From assembly GCA_036867785.1 (NCBI GenBank), contig CP145422.1, positions 992,001 through 1,056,000 on the forward strand: a DNA stretch of 64,000 nucleotides, in the 5' to 3' direction. The position numbers were made by a program, and so were the translations under genes. This DNA comes from Plasmodiophora brassicae. Taxonomy: Eukaryota. Shown one piece after another: positions 48,223 to 59,432 of the stretch. Numbering within the stretch: position 1 is the stretch's first letter; every line of letters begins with the position of its first letter. The notes below the pieces were generated by a model, which did not search any database, was not told the origin of the DNA, and saw nothing but the letters and a program-made list of their open reading frames with translations.

Positions 48223-49292
48223 ATGCCGCGCTCGGTACGCTGCTCGGGTCCCAGAACGGGTGTCGGTGTCGTTGAACAGTGTGTGCAGCGTTTTATTGCA
48301 CGCTGGCAGCGTCGCTGGCGACGACCATCGGCAGTATGGCCGCATTCTTCGTGAAACTCAAGGATCGCCACGTTTTAGCTGCATCGCTTGGCCTTTCTGC
48401 TGGTAGGCAATCTCATCGGCGGTGGCGCTCGCGATTGGTGACTCGGCGTAGGCGTGATGATCTACGTATCGTTCGTGGAAATCTTCACTGAGTCCAGAGA
48501 GCATTTCGCCGCGGCCCTGGGTGAACAGGCTGGATCTGGTGGTGGCCATATGCTGCCGACGACCATCTTCTTCTTTGCTGGAATGGTCGTCATTGGGCTG
48601 CTGGATCTGGTCGTGCACCACCTTGGCCACGAACCCGACCCGAGCGCCATCTCCATTTCCGAATCAGAACTGGCCGACGCCGCTGAGAAAGGAGACGTTG
48701 AGTTCTGTCAGAAGCGCCACCGCGACCTGCGCCGCGCGTCCCTGGTTGCCGCCCTGGCCATCATGCTGCATAACATGTACGAACGCATCCCGGATCCCGA
48801 CCCGTTTGATTTATCTGTCGCAGACCCGAAGGTCTGACCATGTTCATGGCGACACTCAGCAATGCCCGAGTCGGGGTGTCCGTCAGCATCGCGATCGGTC
48901 TTCACAACATTCTGGAAGGGTAGAGGGAGCGCCGCGCCCGTCCCGCGACACGTCGCGTCCACTGACGTCGTGCCGTCGTGCACCGTAGGCTTTGTGTGGC
49001 CATGCCCGTGTTCTTTGCTACGGGTAGCCGATGGCGTGCGTTCATGTGGTCGGCGGCCAGTGGCGTTGCCGAGTTTCTGGGCGCCGTTCTCGGTTATGCC
49101 GTCCTGAAATCATTCATGTCCGAGTACGTATTCGGCGTCGTGTTCGGCCTGGTGGCCGGCATGATGGTGTTCGTGTCCGTCCGCGAGTTGCTGCCCGTCG
49201 CGCGCCGGTACGACCCATCGGACAAGGTCGTCACCTGGTCCATCCTGGCCGGAATGTTCATCATGGCCATCAGCCTGGTCCTGTCGCAGTGA
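48223..49292 (+). CDS. ZIP-family (ZupT-like) zinc transporter, multi-exon
   Basis: SLGLSAG|VMIYVSFVEIF; ALAIMLHN..PEG; IAIGLHNILEG; GLVAGMMVFVSVRELLP. Confidence 0.92.
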
Positions 49293-49392
49293 CCGTAATC
49301 CATTGAAACCTGCACGAACCTCTCTAGCCGATACCGTGGCCGATCGTGCAATTTAATCGAGGCGTATGGCACACACGTGACAGATACAACCA

Positions 49393-51951
49393 TCACATGG
49401 CGAAGGATTCCACCTGTGCGGACAGATCGGCGATTTCCTGCTGGAGAGCCTGGGCTTTGCCTGCGCCGGCTTTCGCCTTCTCGTAGTCGGCTTTGGCCTT
49501 GGTCATCTTCTGCACCAGCTTCGAGCGCGGTTTCGGGGCCAGCTCACTGCCATCCAGGTTATGAGTCGGAACGCCATCGGCGTCGAACTGCGAGTATTTC
49601 GGCGGGTCGCACGCGCTGAACATCGCCGATGGATCCACCAGGTCCCGCTGCAGTCGCTCCAGTTCTTTCTTCTTCATCGACAGCTTTAGCTCCATCTTCT
49701 TCAGCTGGTCCGCTCGCAGCTGTCGCGTGCGTTCTTCCCGCTCTTTCCTCATCACCTGAGCGCCACCCGAAGTCAGACGCCCGCGGGTGAACCGACTACA
49801 ACGAACGAACGCTCCCCCTACCTCAGGGTCGTCCAGCTTCCAGACCGTCGCCTCGTTTACGTCCTCGAGGCGGACGCCGAGGTCGGGAAGCGTTTCGTCC
49901 CGCAGGAGATCGCAGGCGTTGAGGATGACGGAGGGCGGGGCTTTGGATCGCGCCGCCTGTCGAACAGTGCTGCGGAACGCGGTGATGGCGTCCAGGATCG
50001 GGGGCACCATTGAATCCGTACGTTCGCCAGCGTTGAAACCCGGCTCCGCATCGGGAATTACCCCGAACACGGTCAGCATGCGCATGAAATAAGCGGCGAC
50101 CTTCTTGACGAGAAGCGCCTTGGGCGATGGCCCCGACATGTACTTGTTGACATCACCGAGCAGGTTGAACAGGTGCGACATGGCAATCGAGTAGTCAAAG
50201 TCGTCGAGCAGGGCGGCGTGCACATCGTTCTGACAGGCGAGCAGCTGGTCGTGAAGCGCGCGATCGCACTGCTTGTCCCAGACCTGGTTCTGGACGATGC
50301 CCGAGCGAACGACGACAGAGGCGGACTTGAAGAACTCGTTCAGGCGTCTCTCTTTGGCGATGGCCTCCTCCAGGCTCTGGTCGCTGAAGTTCATCGGCTT
50401 GTCCCAGGCCTGCAGCAGGAACAGCAATCGGATCTGCCGAGGCGTGTACCGGTTCAACGCGTCCCGGATCGTGATGAAGTTCTTCAGCGACTTGGACATC
50501 TTCAGGCCCTCGATCGACAGGTGGCCCGCGTGCATCCAGTAGTTCACCCACTGAGGGCACCCGAAGCGAGCCTCCGACTGGGCAATCTCGTTGTCATGCT
50601 ATTCAGACGAAGACATGTTGGACACAAGTCAACAGATCAGAGTGGGTCCATCTCCTACATGCGGGAATTTCAGGTCTTCGCCACCGGAGTGAATGTCGAA
50701 GTGCTCGCCAAGGAGGTCGGATGCCATCACGGAACCTACACGCACGTTGGGACGGCCTGAACCAGATCGCAAAGGGCAGGACTGCCTGCGACTTACACTC
50801 AATATGCCATCCAGGCCGGCCTGGTCCCCATCGTGAGTGCCATGCGGGTTCGCCGCTCTTGGATCGTTTCCACAGTGCAAAGTCGTTGCGATGCCGTTTG
50901 ACGTCGGCGCCGGCGCTCAGCGCACCTTCGCCTTCCTCGAGGAGCGCCTCGTTACCCACCGACCACGGGCAGAGCTTCGCGTAATGGCAGCCTGGCGAGC
51001 TGGAGAACTTCTCGACGTCAAAGTAGACGGACCCGTTGGTCTCGTACGCGAACCCCCTCTCAACCAGCGTGGCCACGAACTGCTCGATCTGGCCGACGTA
51101 TTCGCTGACGCGCGTCAACGCGTCCGGTTCGCGGACGTTCAGCTCAGCCATGTCCTTGAGGAATTCGGCCTCATACCGGGCAGCGTGGTCCCGGAAGATG
51201 CGATGGTCAGTCACTGAGCCGCCCTTCAGCCCGTCAAGCCATTCGGAAAGAACATCGCGCGCAGCGACCAGGACGGCGTCGCGGTCTGACGCCGACCGGA
51301 ACGATGCTTCCTGCGCCTTCAGGTTCTCCAGCTTCTTCTTCTGCTCATCGCATTTGCCGATCAGCTCGTCCTCTCTGTTCGATGCACATGGTCAGGTATA
51401 ACGCCAGATGCATAACAGCGGTGCGAACCTTCGTTTGCTGTCGGCCTTGCCGGCCATGCACTGCAGGCGAAGGATGGAATTGGACAGGGATTCAATAGCC
51501 GTAGCGAAAGCCTTATCGGCATCGTGGCGGACGACGTCGAGCGATCTGTACGGGTCGGCAACGTATTCGTCGAACAGGTGGTTGCGACGCGCTCGCAGAA
51601 TGATCTTGTCGTCGATGTCGGTGATGTTCATGACGTAAAAGATATTGTAATTGAAGTAGTCCTGGAGAATGCGCCTGATGATGTCGAACGTGACATAGGC
51701 GCGAGCATGGCCCATGTGCGCCGAATCGTAGACCGTTGGCCCGCACGCGTACCAAGACACTACGCCATTGGCAGGTCAGACGACGGCCAACCCGTCATCC
51801 ATCAAAAGCGGCGCCACGTACCATGTCCAGGACGTATGGGAGTGAACGGAACCTTGCTTGAAGTCAGGCTGTTGTAGACATGGAGGACCGCCTTCCTGGA
51901 TTCGTCATCGTCGGCAGCTGGCCGCTGCCACGGCGGTTGACGCCCGTCCAT
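49393..51951 (-). CDS. CARS: Cytoplasmic cysteinyl-tRNA synthetase, multi-exon
   Basis: [69 protein letters not shown]. Confidence 0.96.
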
Positions 51952-52179
51952 GGTCTTCCACGGAGTGCGCTGGGCCCTGGGCAGCGGCAGCGGCGCAGCG
52001 CACGGGGCCACGACCCCTCCAGTGCAGGCTGTGCAGCAGTTCCCTTCCCGGACGGCCTGGCACTGTGCACAACGCATTCTATTTCTGTGCCCCCGCCGGC
52101 CAGCTCTAACTGCGCACCGCGAAATCGAACATCTACGACGGGGATGCCAATCGCTTTTCAGGGTGGTGAGTAACTACGC

Positions 52180-52435
52180 GCTCGAGGCTGATCAGGGATG
52201 GCTAGAACAGGGTCTCGGGGGCAGCAGAATCGTTCGCTGCCAAGGGCCACGACTGGCCCATCGAGAAACGGATGACAGCTCAGAGTTGGCCGGCTCGGTA
52301 TCGAAGTCCAGTGCCGTGCAAACACAGCGTCTCTTTGAGGTCAAGCGCGATGTCATGTTCCGGTGGTCGCCGTGGACGAGGAAGTCGGGCACAACCTTCA
52401 GCAGGAAGCTGGTCGTCATGTCGTTGCTGCAATCG
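52180..52435 (-). pseudogene. Degenerate partial actin copy
   Basis: Same-strand similarity to actin 52860-53140 (ALDFDTEPANSELSS vs [15 protein letters not shown]) with frameshifts and deletions. Confidence 0.75.
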
Positions 52436-52543
52436 TGTACAGTACAATGACCGCTGCGCATTATTACTATTCGAATGCTGATTCTTTTATTGGTGTCACA
52501 GCCCCGGCGTAGCGGGACTGGCTGGATCCGACGAATGACACAC

Positions 52544-53674
52544 TTAGAAGCACTTGCGGTGGACAATGGCAGGGCCAGCTTCATCGTACTCGTCCTTGCT
52601 GATCCACATTTGCTGGAAGGTCGACAGCGACGACAGGATGGAGCCGCCAATCCAGACCGAGTACTTGCGCTCAGGGGGTGCGACGACCTTGACGCGGATG
52701 GAAGACGGGGCCAGGGCCGTGACCTCCTTGTTAACACGGTCGGCAATGCCATCGAACATGGTCGTACCTCCCGAAAGAACAATGTTGCCGTACAGGTCCT
52801 TACGGATGTCAACGTCGCACTTCATGATGGACTGGTACGTCAGCTGGTGGATGCCTTCCTGCTCGAGGCCGATCAGCGACGGCTGGAACAGGACCTCGGG
52901 GCAGCGGAATCGCTCGTTGCCGACGGTGATGACCTGCCCGTCGGGAAGCTCGTACGACTTCTCGACCTCGGACGACTGCTCCGAGTTGGCCAGCTCGGTG
53001 TCGAAGTCCAGCGCCGAGTAGCACAGCTTCTCCTTGATGTCACGAACGATTTCGCGTTCGGCGGTCGTCGTGAACGAGTAGCCACGCTCGGTCAGGATCT
53101 TCATCAGGTAATCGGTCAGATCGCGGCCGGCCAAGTCGAGACGCAGGATGGCGTGCGGCAGCGCGTAGCCTTCGTAGATGGGGACCGTGTGCGAGACACC
53201 GTCACCACAGTCGAGGACGATACCCGTCGTACGACCGGATGCGTACAGGGATAGGACGGCCTGAATGGCAACGTACATGGCGGGCGTGTTGAACGTCTCG
53301 AACATGATCTGCGTCATCTTCTCACGGTTGGCCTTCGGGTTCAGCGGCGCCTCCGTCAGCAGGACCGGGTGCTCCTCGGGGGCGACACGCAGCTCGTTGT
53401 AGAATGTGTGGTGCCAGATCTTCTCCATGTCGTCCCAGTTGGTGACGATGCCGTGCTCGATCGGGTACTTCAGGGTCAGGATACCACGCTTCGCTTGCGC
53501 TTCATCACCGACATAGGCATCCTTCTGCGTCGCGCCGACCATGATGCCCGTGTGGCGGGGGCGCCCAACAATCGACGGGAAGACGGCACGCGGCGCGTCA
53601 TCGCCGGCGAAACCGGCCTTCACCATGCCGGATCCATTGTCCACGACCAGGGCCTGAACCTCCTCGTCACACAT
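52544..53674 (-). CDS. ACT: Actin (intronless CDS, 376 aa)
   Basis: [29 protein letters not shown]...IVHRKCF. Confidence 0.99.
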
Positions 53675-53976
53675 GTCTGGCTTCGGGGGCGCGCGATCTG
53701 ACAACCGACCGACGGGGACGACGACGACCTTGTTCGCAAAATGACCGGTCGGCGACCTCCGTCCACGGACTCCACGCCGCCGCGGTTGCCCCACGACTGG
53801 GTCTTCTATTTTTGGGGCTACCCCCACGCCTCCGCCAGCGGTGGCAGACGCGGACACCGCCGTCACCTGCGTTTGGCGCCAATTTGGCCGTGCGGGACAA
53901 TTTTGGAAACTTCTGCATAGATACCCTAGGTATATGTACGTACATAGAGTAGGAAGGCGTCACCATACGATACGTT

Positions 53977-55770
53977 TTAGTCTGATACATTGGAGCGGCC
54001 CTCTGTGAAGTCGTTGTCATCAAGGTCGGCGAACATGTCGTCCGGTACGTCGATGGCGTCGTCGATATCGTCTTTCGGGAATATCCACTCGATGAGCGCG
54101 ACCCAAAGGTAGCACAGGGCGATGACAGCGCAGAACACGAAACCCGACACTGGCCCGCAATCATAGTACCTGAACCGCACAGAATCAGTTCAGGCAGCGT
54201 TGTACAAGCGCACGGCATCAGAACCTTCGTAGTCTAACGCTCAGAGGTTCTGGACGATTCTTCATGACTTGATAATATACACGTTCTGTGCGCTCGGCGA
54301 CAGAATTCCAGTTGTACATCCGCTTCACCTGCGCAGCCATCCGTGAGCAAGCTACAGAAGAACAAATCGCAATCCGTTCTACCTGTTCGTGAAGCGCCTG
54401 AGGTCGCACACGTCGTACGCGCGATATTGCTAAGCTCAAGGCTTCAATAATATCACGGGCATTCGGCTCCGTCAGCGTTATCATCGATTCCGGGAGCACT
54501 TCACTGATCCCGCCAACACGCGTCGACACCGTGTACAACCCGCAGGACACGGCTTCCAGAATGGCAATGCAGAACGCTTCCGTGAGCGAACAGTTCAAGA
54601 AAATGTGGCCCTTGACGAGAACATCACGAACGTTGCAGTGCTGAATGGCACCCAACATCTCAATACGGTCGTGCAACTGGTACTTCTCCCGCATCTCCTC
54701 CAAGTTGATCCGTTTAGGTCCATCGCCACCAATGACGAAATTGACAGATGGGAACCGCGCGCAAATAGCCGGAATCACATCAATAACCAAGTCGATGCCT
54801 TTCCTGTACACCAGACGGCTGAGTATCACAATAATCACCCTGTCCTTTGTTGGCGGTGCGCCCTTTGGATCGGGCGTGAACTTGGTGGCATCTACCGCAT
54901 TCGGTATGACGGAGATCTGAAGAATCACTAAGTTCCCACTGCAAGGAGCTGGTCAGACCAGGTCACCTCTCTGGGGTCAAGATATGCTCTGAGGACAAGG
55001 TTCTCCCGCGAAGTGTGCGAAACACAGATGACATGATCGATCTCCGAGAGCCAAAACTTGATCATCTTGTTGATGTGGACGGCTCCGATATCAGCGAACC
55101 CGAACAAGGAATGATCTGTATAGACGGCCTTGTAGCCCATCGTCTTCGCGAACAGTATGCCTTCCGCCGACATGAACGACGTGCTCTGATGGCCGTGGAC
55201 AATATCGATCTGCAGCAGCCTATCATCAATATACTTGTCGAACATCATATCTGATGCGACATACCTTTTCTCTGATCAGGATGTTTCTAAGCAGAGGTAG
55301 GAATGCAAACAGCGTCGGTGGGGTTGCTTGTTGTACAATGACTCGGAGAGGGCAGTAGTACACCTTGAGGCCTTGGCTCAGGTACCGCACACCCTATAGG
55401 ACAAACCTTCAGACATTCGGCAATGCCTTTCGTGATGCAAGGCCAACCTGTCGTTCATTGTCGTACGTCCCCGATATCAAGATAACCTTTAGATTCACAA
55501 TCAGTTGTCCCAAACCTTGTACTTAGACAGGAATGCCCATTACTTTATGCTTGCGGCGTATCAAACCCTGTGTGAACGTCAGGCCTACCCGCGAAAGTCG
55601 TCTGCGAACCCTCGGAACCGCATCGGGGATCGTACCTGAGCCAAATAATACTGGTGCATTTCGACACCGCCCATTCTGGGATACGAGAAATCGCTGATGA
55701 GCGCGATCGACAGGCGCTTCCCAGGGCGCTGCCAGGGCTCGGCATCGCTGGTCAGGCCCGCGTCGCTCAT
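53977..55770 (-). CDS. PIGA: GPI GlcNAc transferase catalytic subunit PIG-A, multi-exon
   Basis: [63 protein letters not shown]. Confidence 0.95.
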
Positions 55771-56241
55771 GACGGCGTCGCGCGTGTGCGAAATCTCCGT
55801 GCCAATTTTCCAGTCAGCCGTCTGGCCACGCGTCTGCGCTGCAGAACATGATTCTGGCATGCTTGGCAAGTAGCTCCGGCAGGATGCTGTCGGATTGGCC
55901 TCTGGCGTACCTACTACAGTCTAAGCGGGGAGAACCATCGTCGATCGTCTACATCGGCGGCGTACTGCGTTTCATCGAGGACGTCAAGGGCTCGCGCCCA
56001 ACTCCGTCGGTGAATGGTACACCGGCGGACCTTGGGACTGGATGATCACCAAGAGGCAACGTTGATCCCGGCCACCGGCATTCTGACTTGGCAAACGAAT
56101 TGCATCCCGTTCGTGAACTGCAGCAGCTTCAGCCTGTTGCTGGCCGGCGCAGCGGGACGAACGTGCCACGTTTTTGCGGCCGAGTTTTCTGCACCGTCGA
56201 CGGGCCGGCGGCGTACTCCGCACGCGGGGCGGTGAGCGACC

Positions 56242-56604
56242 ATGCCACGAAACGCCAAGGTCAAGAAGGTGCTGGACCTGGCGAAGGGATTCCGGGGCCG
56301 CTCCAAGAACTGCTATGCGATCGCCAAGCACCGTGTGCAGAAAGCGCTCCAGTACGCCTATGTGGAGAGGCGCCTGCGCAAGCGAAACATGCGGCGCCTG
56401 TGGATCCAGCAGATGAATGCCGCCGTGCGCCTCCATGGCATCAAATACGGCAATTTCGTCCACGCCCTCAACCGGTCCAACATTGAGATCGACCGCAAGA
56501 TCCTCGCCCAGCTCTGCCAAACCGAGCCGCTCACCTTCAAGAGCATCGTCGAGCATGTGACGTCCGATTTCAGCATTCCCATCACCGAATCAGACCGCAG
56601 GTAA
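56242..56604 (+). CDS. MRPL20: Mitochondrial ribosomal protein bL20
   Basis: KKVLDLAKGFRGR..ALQYAYVERRLRKRNMRRLWI..NAA..IDRKILAQL. Confidence 0.92.
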   Translation: MPRNAKVKKVLDLAKGFRGRSKNCYAIAKHRVQKALQYAYVERRLRKRNMRRLWIQQMNAAVRLHGIKYGNFVHALNRSNIEIDRKILAQLCQTEPLTFKSIVEHVTSDFSIPITESDRR

Positions 56605-57011
56605 TGACCGTTCCGCGATGTCGCCCCCCTGTGCTGGACAATCATAACCCTGTGCACCAGAGACGACAAATCGGTGGGCCTGCTGGCGTCCACATTCCAG
56701 GAATCCTGCAAGATCTAAACGGGCGGGCGCCAATGGATGCGCGCGCAAATGAACTCCGAATACGCCTCGAATTCCTAGTCTGGTTTATCATTGTAGGCAT
56801 CGGCATGCGTCGCGGTTTTGGACGCGGCACACCCACCACCTGGATCTGCAGTTGAGGGTTCCGTCGGTCGAGCGACGCGAGCTGCGTCCATCCGTCGGCA
56901 CTGCGGTCGGCCATTTTGTGGGGCAGTGGGGCGGGCGGTGTGCGCGACGGCGTTCGCGGCAACCGTCGTCGGCGCGCCTCTGCCCATCTGGATGGTGCGG
57001 GCGTCGAGTTG

Positions 57012-59432
57012 ATGATCAGATGGGTGCGGGTCGCCGGGCGATGTCAGGTGTCGACGCTGGCCGGCGCGCGACCATGCGACTCGATGGCCGACCTGGCCGA
57101 CGTGTTGCGAGCCCATCGGCACCGGGCCCTGAGCCGCAAGGACCTCGACTGGGTGTTCGCCCGATTCACCGATTTGATCAGGAGGTCCCGTCGTCACAGC
57201 GACGGTATCGACTCGTCCGTGCTTGCACACGCCGCCTTGCAGCATTCCTCCCACATGTCGCCATCAGCCTGCCTGGCCGTCCTTCGTGCCGCGCTGGGCC
57301 AGCCTACCGCCTGGGACGACGCTGTGAAAGCCGTGTCTTCCCGGCTTCTATCACAGTCAGCGACCGCCCCTGCTCAGGTTCTTCTCGATGCCATCCCGTT
57401 GCTACCCGACGAACTCGCCCGGCTTGCGCTTGCGGACGCTCTTGTCAGGCGAAAGGATGACGATGTCGATCGGTCTCTACTCGCGTATCGTCTCGCCGAA
57501 CTGATCGACGTGTCTGACATTGTGGCCAATGTCGCGGCCGACCCGTCGTCAACCGGGCTTGACCTGGCGTACGTCGCCGGGGCCTTGCTGAAACGCCCAG
57601 CTGACCTCGCCCTGATGGACCGTGTCCTGGGACGTGTACTGCCTCAGGCCCGGGCCGTTCCATTCGATCTGCTTGTGGAATGCCTGCAGGCGAGTGTGTC
57701 GCATCCCCAGCATGAGCACAGGGCGCGTCAACTGCTGGCCACCGTCACTGACCGCTGGCCGAAGCAAGTGCCCACCGGCCTAATGCTGACCGTCGTGCGC
57801 GTTGCATTGCGGATGGGGCGCACGTTCCCGTATCAGCTGGCGCTTCGGGCGTCCACCCAGATCTGCCTCGGCGACCTGGATGGCATCTCGCTCAGTGATG
57901 CTGGTCTCCTGTGCGACATGCTGTCCAAGTCGGCAATCGTTGGCGAGGAGGTCGTGCGCAACGCCTTGGTCGCCATTCGCGATGCGTCCATCTCTGCTGT
58001 AAACAGGTCGCCTTGCACCGCTGTCGACATTGTCGTGTTCGTGCAGAAGTTCGCCAACGTCGAGGTGACCGATCCAGTCACGATTCCTCCCGCGTTGTTC
58101 CAGGGCATCATCCTGGCTGATAACGTTGACGTCGATGCAGTGCAGTTGATGGAGGCGAGTCGCGTTGCCCCTGGCTCGATCCGGCAATCCCTGGTCCGCC
58201 TGGCCTGCACCCGTTCATCGCTGTCTCCACCGGATTCGATCGGTGCACTGTGGAGACGATTACCAGACGACGCGTCGCAGGACGCAGTCAGTGCTCTCGC
58301 CTGTGACACGATTCGCCGGTTGCAGCATGTGCCCCGTTCGGACATTCCATTCATCTTGAATCGATTCTCTCGTGAAACTCTGCAACGTATCGCGTCCGAC
58401 GCCGATGTCCTGTGCTCATTGCGTCTGCCCTCGTTGCTGCCCGTTGTTGACCGCCTCGTGACGAACAACGTCCGCGTACCCGGCGCCGTTGTCGACCACG
58501 TGATGCAAACGCATGATGGATCAGCCATCAGCAACGCTGTCCTGGAGCGTATGTCGCTTCAAGACCTCGTGTCCTGTGACATGTTGGACAAGGCTGTGCA
58601 GTATTCTTTCGAAGGCCCATCTCGTGCAAGACTGCTCCCCGTCGCCTGGCGTCTTCGCGCAACCAGGCCCTCGCTCGAGCGTGACGCTCTTAGCACGCTG
58701 CCGGTGGTTGCTGCTCTTGCTGACCGGCCTCAAGGGTTTGCTGACGTCTGCAAACTGCTTCTTTCGTTAGCGGAAGTGGGCGCCGAGTTCAGTCCCGGCG
58801 ACCGCTCCGTGATCACATCGTGCCTGGCATTCGTCATGCAGTCACGTCAGGTCGAGTACGCCGCCTTCGATGAACTCGTTGACCTCTGCTGGGCCGCGCT
58901 TGCCTTCGACAACGGGAACACAGCCCATCGCAGGGCGCCGTTTGCTCGCGTGCTGTCTATACCGCTATCGGACGAGGAACGCCTCTGCCCACTTCGCTCG
59001 TGCAGGTTGCACGACATCCGTGTTCTAACTGGGTCGACCAAGCCCCTCGTTTCCCCCGAATACTCTGCTCGCGAAGAACGCTGGCAGGTGGAGCACAGCC
59101 TGGAGCGGAACCAGCTTCGGGAGACGTTGGACGACGAAGGCATGGAATTCATGGTCACTGCTGTCAAACATGGCACGGTCTGTCCCGACACGCACGTCAT
59201 CCTGGACGTGTGCTGCAGCACCAAACGACGCGCCCTCGTCCTCGAACCGGATTCCGAGCGCTTCGTCCTGTCCGATCGTGTCACGGGCGACCTGCTGGCC
59301 CGACGACGCATGCTGGAACAGGCCGGGTGGCGCGCGAAGTTCGTAACCGCCAACGACGTGTCGGTCGAACTCGAACGCACTGGCCACCTCCCGTCGTTGT
59401 CGTCGTGGATGAAGGCAACCGCTGTATCCTAG
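57012..59432 (+). CDS. Helical-repeat protein with C-terminal RAP domain (FASTK-like), probably mitochondrial
   Basis: Long Leu/Ala-rich ORF; C-terminal ILDV..RALVLE...F..TGDLLARRRMLEQAGWRAKFV; Arg-rich N-terminus. Confidence 0.7.
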   Translation: MIRWVRVAGRCQVSTLAGARPCDSMADLADVLRAHRHRALSRKDLDWVFARFTDLIRRSRRHSDGIDSSVLAHAALQHSSHMSPSACLAVLRAALGQPTAWDDAVKAVSSRLLSQSATAPAQVLLDAIPLLPDELARLALADALVRRKDDDVDRSLLAYRLAELIDVSDIVANVAADPSSTGLDLAYVAGALLKRPADLALMDRVLGRVLPQARAVPFDLLVECLQASVSHPQHEHRARQLLATVTDRWPKQVPTGLMLTVVRVALRMGRTFPYQLALRASTQICLGDLDGISLSDAGLLCDMLSKSAIVGEEVVRNALVAIRDASISAVNRSPCTAVDIVVFVQKFANVEVTDPVTIPPALFQGIILADNVDVDAVQLMEASRVAPGSIRQSLVRLACTRSSLSPPDSIGALWRRLPDDASQDAVSALACDTIRRLQHVPRSDIPFILNRFSRETLQRIASDADVLCSLRLPSLLPVVDRLVTNNVRVPGAVVDHVMQTHDGSAISNAVLERMSLQDLVSCDMLDKAVQYSFEGPSRARLLPVAWRLRATRPSLERDALSTLPVVAALADRPQGFADVCKLLLSLAEVGAEFSPGDRSVITSCLAFVMQSRQVEYAAFDELVDLCWAALAFDNGNTAHRRAPFARVLSIPLSDEERLCPLRSCRLHDIRVLTGSTKPLVSPEYSAREERWQVEHSLERNQLRETLDDEGMEFMVTAVKHGTVCPDTHVILDVCCSTKRRALVLEPDSERFVLSDRVTGDLLARRRMLEQAGWRAKFVTANDVSVELERTGHLPSLSSWMKATAVS

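Noticed and set aside
56242-56604. Bacterial rplT or horizontal transfer (likewise MetRS, ZupT)
   Set aside because: Best explained as nuclear-encoded organellar or ordinary eukaryotic genes; neighbours have introns and there is no operon context.
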